Shown here: piece by piece, positions 53,007 to 64,000 of the stretch
How positions within the stretch are numbered: the stretch's first letter is position 1
Layout of the letters: the number at the start of each line of letters is the position of its first letter
Assembly (NCBI RefSeq): GCF_017348835.2
Contig: NZ_CP071375.1
Reading direction: 5' to 3' (one strand)
Length of the DNA: 64,000 bases
Source of the DNA: Escherichia coli
GTDB taxonomy: Bacteria; Pseudomonadota; Gammaproteobacteria; Enterobacterales; Enterobacteriaceae
Position numbers and translations under genes: made by a program
The notes under the pieces: generated by a model
Seen by the model: only the letters and a program-made list of their open reading frames with translations
What the model was told of the DNA's origin: nothing
The model's database searches: none

Positions 53007-53662
53007 AACTGCAAGGGGTAATTTTCGATCTGGATGGTGTAATCACCGATACCGCGCATCTGCATTTCCAGGCGTGGCAGCAGATTGCCGCTGAAATTGG
53101 CATCAGCATTGATGCGCAGTTTAACGAATCCCTAAAAGGGATTAGCCGCGATGAGTCTCTGCGGCGCATTCTGCAATACGGGGGCAAAGAGGGCGACTTT
53201 AACTCGCAGGAGCGGGCGCAACTGGCGTATCGCAAAAATCTGCTCTACGTCCACTCACTGCGCGAACTGACGGTTAATGCCGTTCTGCCGGGGATCCGGC
53301 CTTTGCTGGCAGATCTCCGCGCACAGCAGATCCCGGTAGGGCTGGCTTCCGTCTCCCTGAATGCGCCGACGATTTTAGCGGCGCTGGAGCTGCGCGAGTT
53401 TTTCACCTTCTGCGCGGATGCTTCCCAACTTAAAAACTCGAAACCGGATCCGGAAATCTTTCTCGCTGCTTGTGCCGGGCTGGGCGTGCCGCCGCAGGCA
53501 TGTATCGGCATTGAAGATGCGCAGGCGGGCATTGACGCCATTAACGCCAGCGGTATGCGCTCGGTGGGGATCGGCGCGGGCTTAACCGGGGCGCAATTAC
53601 TATTGCCTTCAACGGACTCCCTGACCTGGTCGCGGTTATCGGCCTTCTGGCAAAACGTATAG
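53003..53662 (+). CDS. ycjU: beta-phosphoglucomutase YcjU (219 aa), HAD superfamily
   Basis: HAD motif I DLDGVITD. Confidence 0.92.
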   Translation: MKLQGVIFDLDGVITDTAHLHFQAWQQIAAEIGISIDAQFNESLKGISRDESLRRILQYGGKEGDFNSQERAQLAYRKNLLYVHSLRELTVNAVLPGIRPLLADLRAQQIPVGLASVSLNAPTILAALELREFFTFCADASQLKNSKPDPEIFLAACAGLGVPPQACIGIEDAQAGIDAINASGMRSVGIGAGLTGAQLLLPSTDSLTWSRLSAFWQNV

Positions 53663-53675
53663 CAAAGGAATCAAC

Positions 53676-54758
53676 ATGGCTCAGCTTTCGTTACAACATA
53701 TTCAAAAAATCTACGATAACCAGGTGCATGTGGTGAAGGACTTCAACCTGGAAATTGCCGATAAAGAGTTCATCGTATTTGTCGGCCCGTCGGGCTGCGG
53801 TAAATCGACCACCCTGCGCATGATTGCCGGGCTTGAGGAGATCAGCGGCGGCGATCTGTTGATCGACGGCAAACGAATGAATGACGTTCCAGCCAAAGCA
53901 CGCAATATCGCGATGGTGTTCCAGAACTACGCGTTGTATCCGCATATGACGGTCTACGACAACATGGCGTTTGGCCTGAAGATGCAAAAAATCGCCAAAG
54001 AGGTGATTGATGAGCGGGTGAACTGGGCGGCGCAAATTCTCGGCCTGCGTGAGTACCTGAAACGCAAGCCGGGCGCGCTTTCCGGCGGGCAACGCCAGCG
54101 TGTGGCGCTCGGGCGGGCGATTGTGCGCGAAGCGGGCGTGTTTTTAATGGATGAACCGCTCTCTAACCTTGATGCCAAGCTGCGCGTACAAATGCGCGCA
54201 GAGATCAGCAAGCTGCATCAGAAACTGAACACCACCATGATCTACGTGACCCACGATCAGACCGAAGCGATGACCATGGCGACGCGGATTGTGATTATGA
54301 AAGACGGGATTGTTCAGCAAGTGGGTGCGCCGAAAACCGTTTATAACCAACCCGCGAATATGTTTGTTGCCGGATTTATTGGATCACCAGCGATGAATTT
54401 TATTCGCGGCACGATCGATGGCGATAAATTCGTTACGGAAACGCTTAAATTAACCATTCCCGAAGAGAAATTAGCGGTTCTGAAAACACAGGAAAGTTTG
54501 CATAAGCCCATCGTGATGGGAATACGCCCGGAAGATATTCATCCGGACGCGCAAGAGGAAAATAACATTTCCGCCAAAATTAGCGTGGCAGAATTAACCG
54601 GTGCGGAATTTATGCTCTACACCACGGTTGGGGGGCACGAGTTAGTGGTCCGTGCTGGTGCGTTAAATGATTATCATGCAGGAGAAAATATCACCATTCA
54701 TTTTGATATGACGAAATGTCATTTCTTTGATGCAGAAACGGAAATAGCAATTCGCTAA
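53676..54758 (+). CDS. ycjV: ABC sugar transporter ATP-binding protein YcjV, MalK-like, intact 360 aa
   Basis: Walker A GPSGCGKST, signature LSGGQRQR, C-terminal TOBE-like domain; reading frame uninterrupted. Confidence 0.9.
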   Translation: MAQLSLQHIQKIYDNQVHVVKDFNLEIADKEFIVFVGPSGCGKSTTLRMIAGLEEISGGDLLIDGKRMNDVPAKARNIAMVFQNYALYPHMTVYDNMAFGLKMQKIAKEVIDERVNWAAQILGLREYLKRKPGALSGGQRQRVALGRAIVREAGVFLMDEPLSNLDAKLRVQMRAEISKLHQKLNTTMIYVTHDQTEAMTMATRIVIMKDGIVQQVGAPKTVYNQPANMFVAGFIGSPAMNFIRGTIDGDKFVTETLKLTIPEEKLAVLKTQESLHKPIVMGIRPEDIHPDAQEENNISAKISVAELTGAEFMLYTTVGGHELVVRAGALNDYHAGENITIHFDMTKCHFFDAETEIAIR

Positions 54759-54802
54759 ATACAGGGGGAAGGCATTCCCCCAGGATAATACAAGGAACAA
54801 TA

Positions 54803-55708
54803 ATGAAAAAGTTATTACCCTGTACCGCACTGGTGATGTGTGCGGGAATGGCCTGCGCACAGGCCGAGGAAAAGAACGACTGGCACTTTAATATCGGCGC
54901 GATGTACGAAATAGAAAACGTCGAGGGTTATGGCGAAGATATGGATGGGCTGGCGGAGCCTTCTGTCTATTTTAATGCCGCCAACGGGCCGTGGAGAATT
55001 TCTCTGGCCTATTATCAGGAAGGGCCGGTAGATTATAGCGCGGGTAAACGTGGAACGTGGTTTGATCGCCCGGAGCTGGAGGTGCATTATCAGTTCCTCG
55101 AAAGCGATGATTTCAGTTTCGGCCTGACCGGCGGTTTCCGTAATTATGGTTATCACTACGTTGATGAACCGGGTAAAGACACGGCGAATATGCAGCGCTG
55201 GAAAATCGCGCCAGACTGGGATGTGAAACTGACTGACGATTTACGTTTCAACGGTTGGTTGTCGATGTATAAATTTGCCAACGATTTGAACACGACCGGT
55301 TACGCTGATACCCGTGTCGAAACGGAAACAGGTCTGCAATATACCTTCAACGAAACGGTTGCTTTGCGAGTGAACTATTATCTCGAGCGCGGCTTCAATA
55401 TGGACGACAGCCGCAATAACGGTGAGTTTTCCACGCAAGAAATTCGCGCCTATTTGCCGCTGACGCTCGGCAACCACTCAGTGACGCCATATACGCGCAT
55501 TGGGTTGGATCGCTGGAGTAACTGGGACTGGCAGGATGATATAGAACGTGAAGGCCATGATTTTAACCGTGTGGGTTTATTTTACGGTTATGATTTCCAG
55601 AATGGTCTTTCCGTTTCGCTGGAATACGCGTTTGAGTGGCAGGATCACGACGAAGGCGACAGCGATAAATTCCATTATGCAGGTGTCGGCGTAAATTACT
55701 CGTTCTGA
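54803..55708 (+). CDS. ompG: outer-membrane porin OmpG (301 aa)
   Basis: signal peptide; beta-barrel with C-terminal YSF. Confidence 0.93.
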   Translation: MKKLLPCTALVMCAGMACAQAEEKNDWHFNIGAMYEIENVEGYGEDMDGLAEPSVYFNAANGPWRISLAYYQEGPVDYSAGKRGTWFDRPELEVHYQFLESDDFSFGLTGGFRNYGYHYVDEPGKDTANMQRWKIAPDWDVKLTDDLRFNGWLSMYKFANDLNTTGYADTRVETETGLQYTFNETVALRVNYYLERGFNMDDSRNNGEFSTQEIRAYLPLTLGNHSVTPYTRIGLDRWSNWDWQDDIEREGHDFNRVGLFYGYDFQNGLSVSLEYAFEWQDHDEGDSDKFHYAGVGVNYSF

Positions 55709-55722
55709 TAATGGGCTAAATT

Positions 55723-55796
55723 GCCGGATGCGGCGCGAGTACTTTATCCGATCTATAAATGTAGGCCGGATAAGATGCGCTAGCATCGCATCCGGC
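55723..55796. repeat. two REP-like palindromes (BIME-like) between convergent ompG and ycjW
   Basis: GCCGGATGCGGCGCGAGTACTTTATCCG and GGCCGGATAAGATGCGC...GCATCCGGC. Confidence 0.7.
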
Positions 55797-55818
55797 ATTC
55801 AGGCAAGGTAGCTGGTAT

Positions 55819-56817
55819 TTATTTCAGCGTCATATGCGTGGCAACGGTAATATTCTGTGGTGACGGTTTTCCAGAAATTAAGCGGAATAATAACTCGCAG
55901 CTTTGTTGACCTAACTCCTGCGTCGGAACATCGATGCCGCCCGGTGCAGGCGTTAAAATAAATGACAGCGTTTCATTGCTATAACCCACCACCGCTAACT
56001 GCTGCGGAATAGCAATATTTTTCTCTGCTGCCGCACGATAAATGCTCATTAATTTCAGGCTGTCAGTGGCAAACACCGCCTCAGGCAACGGTGACTGGCT
56101 TAATAATTCTCTCGCGGCTTGCAGTGCTGTTTCATGGGTATAACCGCCGTCAACAATCCATTCATCACGCACTGCAATATTATGCGCGGACAGACTTTGC
56201 TTATAACCATTTACCCGATCCACTGAAACATGGACATCAAGCGGTGCATGAAGGCAGGCAATGTTTTTATGTCCATTCTCAATTAATGCATCGGTTAGCG
56301 CAATGCTGTCACCAAAATTATCGGTATCGACAGAATAAACATGGGCATATTGACCTTCAACTTTGCCAATCACCACGACAGGAATATCGTATTTATCAAG
56401 TTGGGCAAAAAATGACTCATCCGCTGGCGAACTTAGCATAATAATGCCTTTAATCATTTTCTGCTTAATTGTGCTTTCACATTTTTGTAAGTCTTCTGCC
56501 AGGTTGTGCGACGTTTGTAATATCACGTCGAAACCTTCTTCTTCCGCTTTGGCGGTGATGGCATGTAGAACTTCTGAGAAAAACGGATTACCCGCCGTAG
56601 TTTTGGTCGAACGGGTAGAAATCACCATAATGGCATCAAAACCCGAAGAGGTCAGCGCGCGGGCCAGCTTGTTTGGCTGATACTGTAATTCTTCAATGGC
56701 CCGTAACACTTTTTCGCGCGCTTCCGGGGAGATATTGGTTTGCTTATTCAGCACGCGTGATACGGTGGATTTTGATACGCCTGCAACCCTGGCAATATCA
56801 TAAATAGTAGGGGACAT
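55819..56817 (-). CDS. ycjW: LacI-family transcriptional regulator YcjW (332 aa)
   Basis: N-terminal LacI HTH ([20 protein letters not shown]). Confidence 0.92.
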   Translation of the reverse strand: MSPTIYDIARVAGVSKSTVSRVLNKQTNISPEAREKVLRAIEELQYQPNKLARALTSSGFDAIMVISTRSTKTTAGNPFFSEVLHAITAKAEEEGFDVILQTSHNLAEDLQKCESTIKQKMIKGIIMLSSPADESFFAQLDKYDIPVVVIGKVEGQYAHVYSVDTDNFGDSIALTDALIENGHKNIACLHAPLDVHVSVDRVNGYKQSLSAHNIAVRDEWIVDGGYTHETALQAARELLSQSPLPEAVFATDSLKLMSIYRAAAEKNIAIPQQLAVVGYSNETLSFILTPAPGGIDVPTQELGQQSCELLFRLISGKPSPQNITVATHMTLK

Positions 56818-56971
56818 AGGTCAGGAACTCCGTCCGAACGTGAATGCTGCACATCTTATGGAGTTCGCCCGTCGATGACAACACGGGCAGTTGATAATCA
56901 ATGGTCTGGCCCCCACATTCATATCCTTACGAACGATTTTTTTCTGGTCTTCAGAGCAGCACAGGACAGCA

Positions 56972-58369
56972 ATGAAGCGACTTAAAAATGAACTCAATGC
57001 GCTGGTGAATCGGGGTGTCGACAGACATCTGCGCCTCGCTGTAACCGGACTTAGCCGCAGCGGCAAAACAGCGTTTATCACCGCGATGGTTAATCAGTTG
57101 CTTAATATTCATGCCGGAGCACGCTTGCCGCTGTTAAGTGCGGTGCGTGAAGAGCGCCTGCTGGGCGTAAAACGCATTCCCCAGCGTGACTTTGGCATTC
57201 CGCGCTTCACCTATGATGAAGGGCTGGCGCAGTTATATGGCGATCCACCCGCCTGGCCAACGCCAACGCGCGGCGTCAGTGAAATCCGCCTGGCGCTACG
57301 TTTTAAATCGAATGATTCGCTGCTACGCCACTTTAAGGATACCTCCACGCTGTATCTGGAGATTGTGGATTACCCCGGCGAATGGTTGCTCGACCTGCCG
57401 ATGCTGGCGCAGGATTACTTAAGCTGGTCGCGCCAGATGACGGGCTTACTCAATGGTCAGCGCGGCGAATGGTCGGCGAAATGGCAAATGATGTGCGAAG
57501 GGCTGGACCCGCTAGCGCCTGCCGACGAAAACCGGCTGGCAGACATTGCCGCCGCGTGGACCGATTATCTCCACCACTGTAAACAGCAGGGGCTGCACTT
57601 TATTCAGCCAGGGCGCTTTGTCTTGCCGGGAGATATGGCAGGTGCGCCCGCGCTGCAATTCTTCCCGTGGCCGGATGTCGATGCCTGGGGCGAGTCCAAA
57701 CTCGCGCAGGCCGATAAGCATACCAATGCCGGAATGCTGCGCGAGCGGTTTAATTATTACTGCGAGAAGGTGGTGAAGGGGTTCTATAAGAACCATTTTC
57801 TGCGCTTTGACCGCCAGATTGTGCTGGTGGATTGCCTGCAACCTCTCAACAGTGGGCCACAGGCATTTAATGATATGCGTCTGGCGCTGACGCAGCTGAT
57901 GCAAAGTTTTCACTACGGGCAGCGAACCCTGTTCCGGCGTTTGTTTTCGCCGGTTATCGATAAGCTATTGTTTGCTGCCACTAAAGCAGACCATGTGACC
58001 ATCGATCAGCACGCTAATATGGTTTCATTACTGCAACAACTGATTCAGGATGCCTGGCAAAATGCGGCGTTCGAAGGGATCAGCATGGACTGCCTGGGGC
58101 TGGCGTCAGTTCAGGCGACCACCAGCGGCATTATTGATGTTAACGGTGAGAAAATCCCGGCGCTGCGTGGTAATCGACTTAGCGATGGCGCACCGCTCAC
58201 TGTTTATCCTGGCGAAGTTCCCGCACGTTTGCCTGGTCAGGCGTTCTGGGATAAGCAAGGCTTCCAGTTTGAGGCATTTCGTCCGCAGGTGATGGATGTC
58301 GACAAACCGCTGCCGCATATTCGTCTTGATGCCGCGCTGGAATTTTTAATAGGAGATAAATTGCGATGA
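56972..58369 (+). CDS. ycjX: YcjX, P-loop NTPase of the DUF463 family (465 aa from MKRLKNE start)
   Basis: Walker A-like GLSRSGKT; ORF track starts at 56891. Confidence 0.88.
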   Translation: MKRLKNELNALVNRGVDRHLRLAVTGLSRSGKTAFITAMVNQLLNIHAGARLPLLSAVREERLLGVKRIPQRDFGIPRFTYDEGLAQLYGDPPAWPTPTRGVSEIRLALRFKSNDSLLRHFKDTSTLYLEIVDYPGEWLLDLPMLAQDYLSWSRQMTGLLNGQRGEWSAKWQMMCEGLDPLAPADENRLADIAAAWTDYLHHCKQQGLHFIQPGRFVLPGDMAGAPALQFFPWPDVDAWGESKLAQADKHTNAGMLRERFNYYCEKVVKGFYKNHFLRFDRQIVLVDCLQPLNSGPQAFNDMRLALTQLMQSFHYGQRTLFRRLFSPVIDKLLFAATKADHVTIDQHANMVSLLQQLIQDAWQNAAFEGISMDCLGLASVQATTSGIIDVNGEKIPALRGNRLSDGAPLTVYPGEVPARLPGQAFWDKQGFQFEAFRPQVMDVDKPLPHIRLDAALEFLIGDKLR

Positions 58370-59427
58370 CCGAACCGTTAAAACCACGTATTGATTTCGA
58401 CGGTCCGCTGGAGGTCGATCAGAATCCAAAATTCAGGGCGCAGCAGACCTTTGACGAAAATCAGGCGCAAAATTTTGCCCCGGCCACGCTCGATGAAGCG
58501 CCTGAAGAAGAGGGGCAAGTTGAAGCGGTAATGGATGCAGCGTTACGTCCGAAACGCAGCCTGTGGCGCAAAATGGTGATGGGCGGGCTGGCTCTGTTTG
58601 GCGCAAGCGTTGTCGGGCAGGGTGTACAGTGGACAATGAATGCCTGGCAAACTCAGGACTGGGTGGCGCTGGGTGGATGTGCCGCTGGGGCATTGATTAT
58701 CGGCGCTGGCGTAGGTTCTGTGGTAACAGAGTGGCGGCGCTTATGGCGCTTGCGACAGCGCGCCCATGAACGCGACGAAGCGCGCGATTTGTTGCACAGC
58801 CACGGCACGGGCAAAGGCCGCGCATTTTGCGAAAAACTGGCGCAGCAGGCGGGTATTGATCAGTCGCATCCGGCGCTACAACGCTGGTATGCCTCAATCC
58901 ATGAAACGCAAAACGACCGTGAAGTGGTCAGCCTGTATGCGCATTTGGTCCAGCCAGTTTTAGATGCCCAGGCGCGGCGCGAAATCAGCCGTTCGGCGGC
59001 GGAATCAACGTTGATGATTGCGGTCAGCCCGCTGGCGTTGGTCGATATGGCGTTTATCGCCTGGCGCAATCTGCGTTTAATTAATCGCATCGCCACGCTG
59101 TATGGCATTGAACTGGGATATTACAGCCGTTTGCACCTGTTCAAGCTGGTATTGCTGAATATCGCTTTCGCCGGAGCCAGCGAACTGGTGCGCGAAGTGG
59201 GGATGGACTGGATGTCGCAAGATCTCGCTGCTCGTTTGTCTACCCGCGCAGCTCAGGGGATTGGTGCAGGACTTCTGACGGCACGACTCGGGATTAAAGC
59301 TATGGAGCTTTGCCGCCCGCTGCCGTGGATTGACGATGACAAACCTCGCCTTGGGGATTTCCGTCGTCAGCTTATCGGTCAGGTGAAAGAAACGCTGCAA
59401 AAAGGCAAAACGCCCAGCGAAAAATAA
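58366..59427 (+). CDS. ycjF: YcjF, DUF697/UPF0283 membrane protein (353 aa)
   Basis: 4-nt overlap with ycjX; TM segments. Confidence 0.88.
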   Translation: MTEPLKPRIDFDGPLEVDQNPKFRAQQTFDENQAQNFAPATLDEAPEEEGQVEAVMDAALRPKRSLWRKMVMGGLALFGASVVGQGVQWTMNAWQTQDWVALGGCAAGALIIGAGVGSVVTEWRRLWRLRQRAHERDEARDLLHSHGTGKGRAFCEKLAQQAGIDQSHPALQRWYASIHETQNDREVVSLYAHLVQPVLDAQARREISRSAAESTLMIAVSPLALVDMAFIAWRNLRLINRIATLYGIELGYYSRLHLFKLVLLNIAFAGASELVREVGMDWMSQDLAARLSTRAAQGIGAGLLTARLGIKAMELCRPLPWIDDDKPRLGDFRRQLIGQVKETLQKGKTPSEK

Positions 59428-59486
59428 TGCAATATCGGGTGCTGACCGGATATCTTTACGCCGAAGTGCCCGTTTTTCCGTCTTTG

Positions 59487-59504
59487 TGTCAATGATTGTT
59501 GACA
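59487..59504. promoter_or_regulatory. TyrR-box-like palindrome TGTCAA-N6-TTGACA upstream of tyrR (candidate autoregulatory site)
   Basis: perfect palindrome fitting the TGTAAA-N6-TTTACA pattern, about 70 bp upstream of tyrR ATG. Confidence 0.5.
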
Positions 59505-59574
59505 GAAACCTTCCTGCTATCCAAATAGTGTCATATCATCATATTAATTGTTCTTTTTTCAGGTGAAGGTTCCC

Positions 59575-61116
59575 ATGCGTCTGGAAGTCTTTTGTGAAGA
59601 CCGACTCGGTCTGACCCGCGAATTACTCGATCTACTCGTGCTAAGAGGCATTGATTTACGCGGTATTGAGATTGATCCCATTGGGCGAATCTACCTCAAT
59701 TTTGCTGAACTGGAGTTTGAGAGCTTCAGCAGTCTGATGGCCGAAATACGCCGTATTGCTGGTGTTACCGATGTGCGTACTGTCCCGTGGATGCCTTCTG
59801 AACGTGAGCATCTGGCGTTGAGCGCGTTACTGGAGGCGTTGCCTGAACCTGTGCTCTCTGTCGATATGAAAAGCAAAGTGGATATGGCAAACCCGGCGAG
59901 CTGTCAGCTTTTTGGGCAAAAATTGGATCGCCTGCGCAACCATACCGCCGCACAATTGATTAACGGCTTTAATTTTTTACGCTGGCTGGAAAGCGAACCG
60001 CAAGATTCCCATAACGAGCATGTCGTTATTAATGGGCAGAATTTCCTGATGGAGATTACGCCTGTTTATCTTCAGGATGAAAATGATCAACACGTCCTGA
60101 CCGGTGCGGTGGTGATGTTGCGATCAACGATTCGTATGGGCCGTCAGTTGCAAAATGTCGCCGCCCAGGACGTCAGCGCCTTTAGTCAAATTGTCGCCGT
60201 CAGCCCGAAAATGAAGCATGTTGTCGAACAGGCGCAGAAACTGGCGATGCTAAGCGCGCCGCTGCTGATTACGGGTGACACAGGTACAGGTAAAGATCTC
60301 TTTGCCTACGCCTGTCACCAGGCAAGCCCCAGAGCGGGCAAACCTTACCTGGCGCTGAATTGCGCGTCTATACCAGAAGATGCGGTCGAGAGTGAACTGT
60401 TTGGTCATGCTCCGGAAGGGAAGAAAGGGTTCTTTGAGCAGGCGAACGGTGGTTCGGTGCTGTTGGATGAAATAGGGGAAATGTCACCACGGATGCAGGC
60501 GAAATTACTGCGTTTCCTTAATGATGGCACTTTCCGTCGGGTTGGCGAAGACCATGAGGTGCATGTCGATGTGCGGGTGATTTGCGCTACGCAGAAGAAT
60601 CTGGTCGAACTGGTGCAAAAAGGCATGTTCCGTGAAGATCTCTATTATCGTCTGAACGTGTTGACGCTCAATCTGCCGCCGCTACGTGACTGTCCGCAGG
60701 ACATCATGCCGTTAACTGAGCTGTTCGTCGCCCGCTTTGCCGACGAGCAGGGCGTGCCGCGTCCGAAACTGGCCGCTGACCTGAATACTGTACTTACACG
60801 TTATGCGTGGCCGGGAAATGTGCGGCAGTTAAAGAACGCTATCTATCGCGCACTGACACAACTGGACGGTTATGAGCTGCGTCCACAGGATATTTTGTTG
60901 CCGGATTATGACGCCGCAACGGTAGCCGTGGGCGAAGATGCGATGGAAGGTTCGCTGGACGAAATCACCAGCCGTTTTGAACGCTCGGTATTAACCCAGC
61001 TTTATCGCAATTATCCCAGCACGCGCAAACTGGCAAAACGTCTCGGCGTTTCACATACCGCGATTGCCAATAAGTTGCGGGAATATGGTCTGAGTCAGAA
61101 GAAGAACGAAGAGTAA
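59575..61116 (+). CDS. tyrR: transcriptional regulator TyrR (513 aa from MRLEVF start)
   Basis: ACT-PAS N-terminus, sigma54-activator-like AAA+ core, C-terminal HTH. Confidence 0.95.
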   Translation: MRLEVFCEDRLGLTRELLDLLVLRGIDLRGIEIDPIGRIYLNFAELEFESFSSLMAEIRRIAGVTDVRTVPWMPSEREHLALSALLEALPEPVLSVDMKSKVDMANPASCQLFGQKLDRLRNHTAAQLINGFNFLRWLESEPQDSHNEHVVINGQNFLMEITPVYLQDENDQHVLTGAVVMLRSTIRMGRQLQNVAAQDVSAFSQIVAVSPKMKHVVEQAQKLAMLSAPLLITGDTGTGKDLFAYACHQASPRAGKPYLALNCASIPEDAVESELFGHAPEGKKGFFEQANGGSVLLDEIGEMSPRMQAKLLRFLNDGTFRRVGEDHEVHVDVRVICATQKNLVELVQKGMFREDLYYRLNVLTLNLPPLRDCPQDIMPLTELFVARFADEQGVPRPKLAADLNTVLTRYAWPGNVRQLKNAIYRALTQLDGYELRPQDILLPDYDAATVAVGEDAMEGSLDEITSRFERSVLTQLYRNYPSTRKLAKRLGVSHTAIANKLREYGLSQKKNEE

Positions 61117-61121
61117 GCGCG

Positions 61122-61156
61122 AATATGCCTGATGGTGCAACACCATCAGGCATATT
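61122..61156. terminator. bidirectional stem-loop between convergent tyrR and tpx (AATATGCCTGATGGTG-CAA-CACCATCAGGCATATT)
   Basis: 16-bp perfect inverted repeat with 3-nt loop. Confidence 0.6.
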
Positions 61157-61159
61157 AAC

Positions 61160-61666
61160 TTATGCTTTCAGTACAGCCAGAGCTGCTTCGTAATCCGGCT
61201 CGGTGGTGATTTCATCCACCAGCTGGCTGAAAATCACATTGTCATTTTCATCAATAACCACAACGGCACGCGCTGCCAGACCTTTCAGTGGGCCATCAGC
61301 AATTGCCACACCGTAGGCTTGCAGGAATTCAGCGTTACGGAAAGTGGAGAGGGTGATAACGTTGTTCAGACCTTCTGCGCCGCAGAAACGAGACTGGGCG
61401 AACGGCAGATCGGCAGAGATACACAGCACAACGGTGTTGTCGATCTCGGTTGCCAGTTGGTTAAACTTACGTACTGATGCGGCGCAAACACCGGTATCAA
61501 TACTCGGGAAAATGTTCAGCACTTTGCGTTTACCCGCAAACTGACCGAGGGTGACGTCAGACAGATCTTTTGCCACGAGAGTAAAAGTCTGCGCTTTGCT
61601 ACCCGCCTGCGGGATGGAATTGGCGACTGTAACCGGGTTGCCCTGGAAATGAACGGTTTGTGACAT
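61160..61666 (-). CDS. tpx: thiol peroxidase Tpx (168 aa)
   Basis: atypical 2-Cys peroxiredoxin sequence. Confidence 0.95.
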   Translation of the reverse strand: MSQTVHFQGNPVTVANSIPQAGSKAQTFTLVAKDLSDVTLGQFAGKRKVLNIFPSIDTGVCAASVRKFNQLATEIDNTVVLCISADLPFAQSRFCGAEGLNNVITLSTFRNAEFLQAYGVAIADGPLKGLAARAVVVIDENDNVIFSQLVDEITTEPDYEAALAVLKA

Positions 61667-61774
61667 GATTATCTTTCCTGTTTACATATAGTTAACGTCA
61701 CACCTAGTTTATGCTAACTGTCAATAACACAGCAAACGCTATTTGCGCTTAATCCGCAGACCACCGCGACAACA

Positions 61775-62724
<950 letters not shown>

Positions 62725-62750
<26 letters not shown>

Positions 62751-63453
62751 GATGCCAGCGCAGCAAGTTTGCCATCGCAAAGATATATTTTTCGCTGGCT
62801 TCGTCGGAGGAGATGGGCGGAAACTCTGCGGTGATGCAATGCAAGTTGAGATCTGCACACCAACTGCCGAAAGAGCCAGGCGTTTCATAACCGACGCTGG
62901 TTACCAGAGGCAATTCAAACGCCTGGGCCAGCCATTCGCCTAATTCGCTGTGTCTGGGATCTTCAATACAAGCCAGTGGATCGTGGAATGAGACCACCCA
63001 GGCAGGTTGAATGCGGTGTATAAGCTGGCACAGCGCCTGGGTTTCAGGTTCGGAGCCAGGTTTGTCACCTGTCAGTAATACGACATCACGTTCTTCAGCG
63101 GCGCTGTTCCAGCGATAAACCGTTTCACCTTCCTTCCAGTTCGCCGCCGGAAAGTTTCTGTTTAAATCCACACCATTAGCATTGGCCCGTAACCCCAGCT
63201 GGCAGCCGTCAGGATTCACACACAGCACCACATGATGGCGGCGCAAAGAAGGTGTCAAAGTCCGCAGAGCACAGGAGAGCGTGACGACCGAAGAGTTTTC
63301 ATCACCGTGAGTGCCAGCCAGAATCAAACCACTTTCGCGACTGGCTGCAGGGGCAGGAAACCAGATTAACGGCGCGCCCAATAATGAACGTCCGTAATGT
63401 TCTGTTCCGGGCGGAAATGCGCCGCGTTCGGCGCGTGGGCGGGTTACGGTCAT
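62725..63453 (-). CDS. mpaA: murein peptide amidase A MpaA (242 aa from MTVTRPRAER start), M14-type zinc carboxypeptidase fold
   Basis: ORF track extends to 63513; 3' end overlaps ycjG 3' end by 26 bp. Confidence 0.9.
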
Positions 63454-63743
63454 GATCGTCTCTGGTTCAGGAAGTATTACAGGCAGTGTTGTGCAAATTT
63501 TGCGGATTATCAAATCCTTTTCTTCAACGCTATGTCATCGATCTTGTATCACCTTTTTGCCGGAAGTTGTTTGTATTTTCATTGATGTGCAGATATTAGA
63601 ATTGTCGTAATGTTATATACATGGCGTATTTTATTCTTATTGGTTCTACACATGTTAATCGCATCTGATTGATCAGTTCACCTTAATAAGTTTAATAAAT
63701 CGTACTGCACATAGTACAGTACGATGGTAGCTATATAATTGAT

Positions 63744-64000
63744 TTACATGAAGAATGGCTTATCGCCATCAGTCCCGGGTTGATTGATGCCTATATTCTC
63801 ACCAATGTGTTTCTCAGGTTTATCGATGATATCTGTAATTAATGCTGCGACACTCTTACGTGATACGATCGTACCTTTGAATGGTTCATTGCGTGAGGTA
63901 AGCTCATAATCAATAATATCTTCATCCGTCAGCCAGGCAGGGCGAAGAATTGTATATTCCAGTCCAGAAGCCTCAATTGCATCCGCAGCCCTGCGGAATG
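63744..64000 (-). CDS. 3' end of an unidentified minus-strand ORF running off the window (C-terminus ...GDKPFFM)
   Basis: open frame from window end to TAA (plus-strand TTA at 63744-63746); product not recognised from about 85 residues. Confidence 0.35.
   Translation of the reverse strand, partial: FRRAADAIEASGLEYTILRPAWLTDEDIIDYELTSRNEPFKGTIVSRKSVAALITDIIDKPEKHIGENIGINQPGTDGDKPFFM

Overview
This 64 kb window reads as an Escherichia coli-type enterobacterial chromosome segment with near-complete synteny to the K-12 cysB to mpaA region (about 28-30 min). Genes recognised by direct reading of the translations, in order: cysB (3' end), ymiA-yciX, acnA, ribA, pgpB, lapA-lapB, pyrF-yciH, osmB, yciT, yciZ, pdeR, rnb, yciW, fabI, sapFDCBA (reverse), ymjA, puuP, puuA, puuDRCBE, pspF, pspABCDE, ycjMNOPQRSTUV-ompG, ycjW, ycjXF, tyrR, tpx, ycjG, mpaA. 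The one clear departure from the K-12 arrangement is a ~8 kb block between fabI and sapF (about 16.8-24.8 kb). There, instead of the small ycjD gene I expect from memory of K-12, sits a five-gene same-strand cluster: TetR-family regulator, RND membrane-fusion lipoprotein, AcrB/MexB-type RND pump, OprM/TolC-type outer-membrane factor lipoprotein and a Bcr/CflA-type MFS transporter. It has candidate palindromic operators and no integrase, transposase or IS element nearby. This is the best candidate for an accessory or poorly described system in the window; whether it is undescribed cannot be settled without database searches. Other points: ycjV is an intact 360-aa ORF (remembered as a pseudogene in K-12), there are unannotated small hydrophobic ORFs with good context, a 31-bp perfect palindrome lies upstream of sapA, and several REP/BIME-like elements and intrinsic terminators are present. 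No rRNA, tRNA, CRISPR array or prophage was seen. All coordinates come from manual reading of the sequence and ORF track; all homology statements are from memory, not searches.
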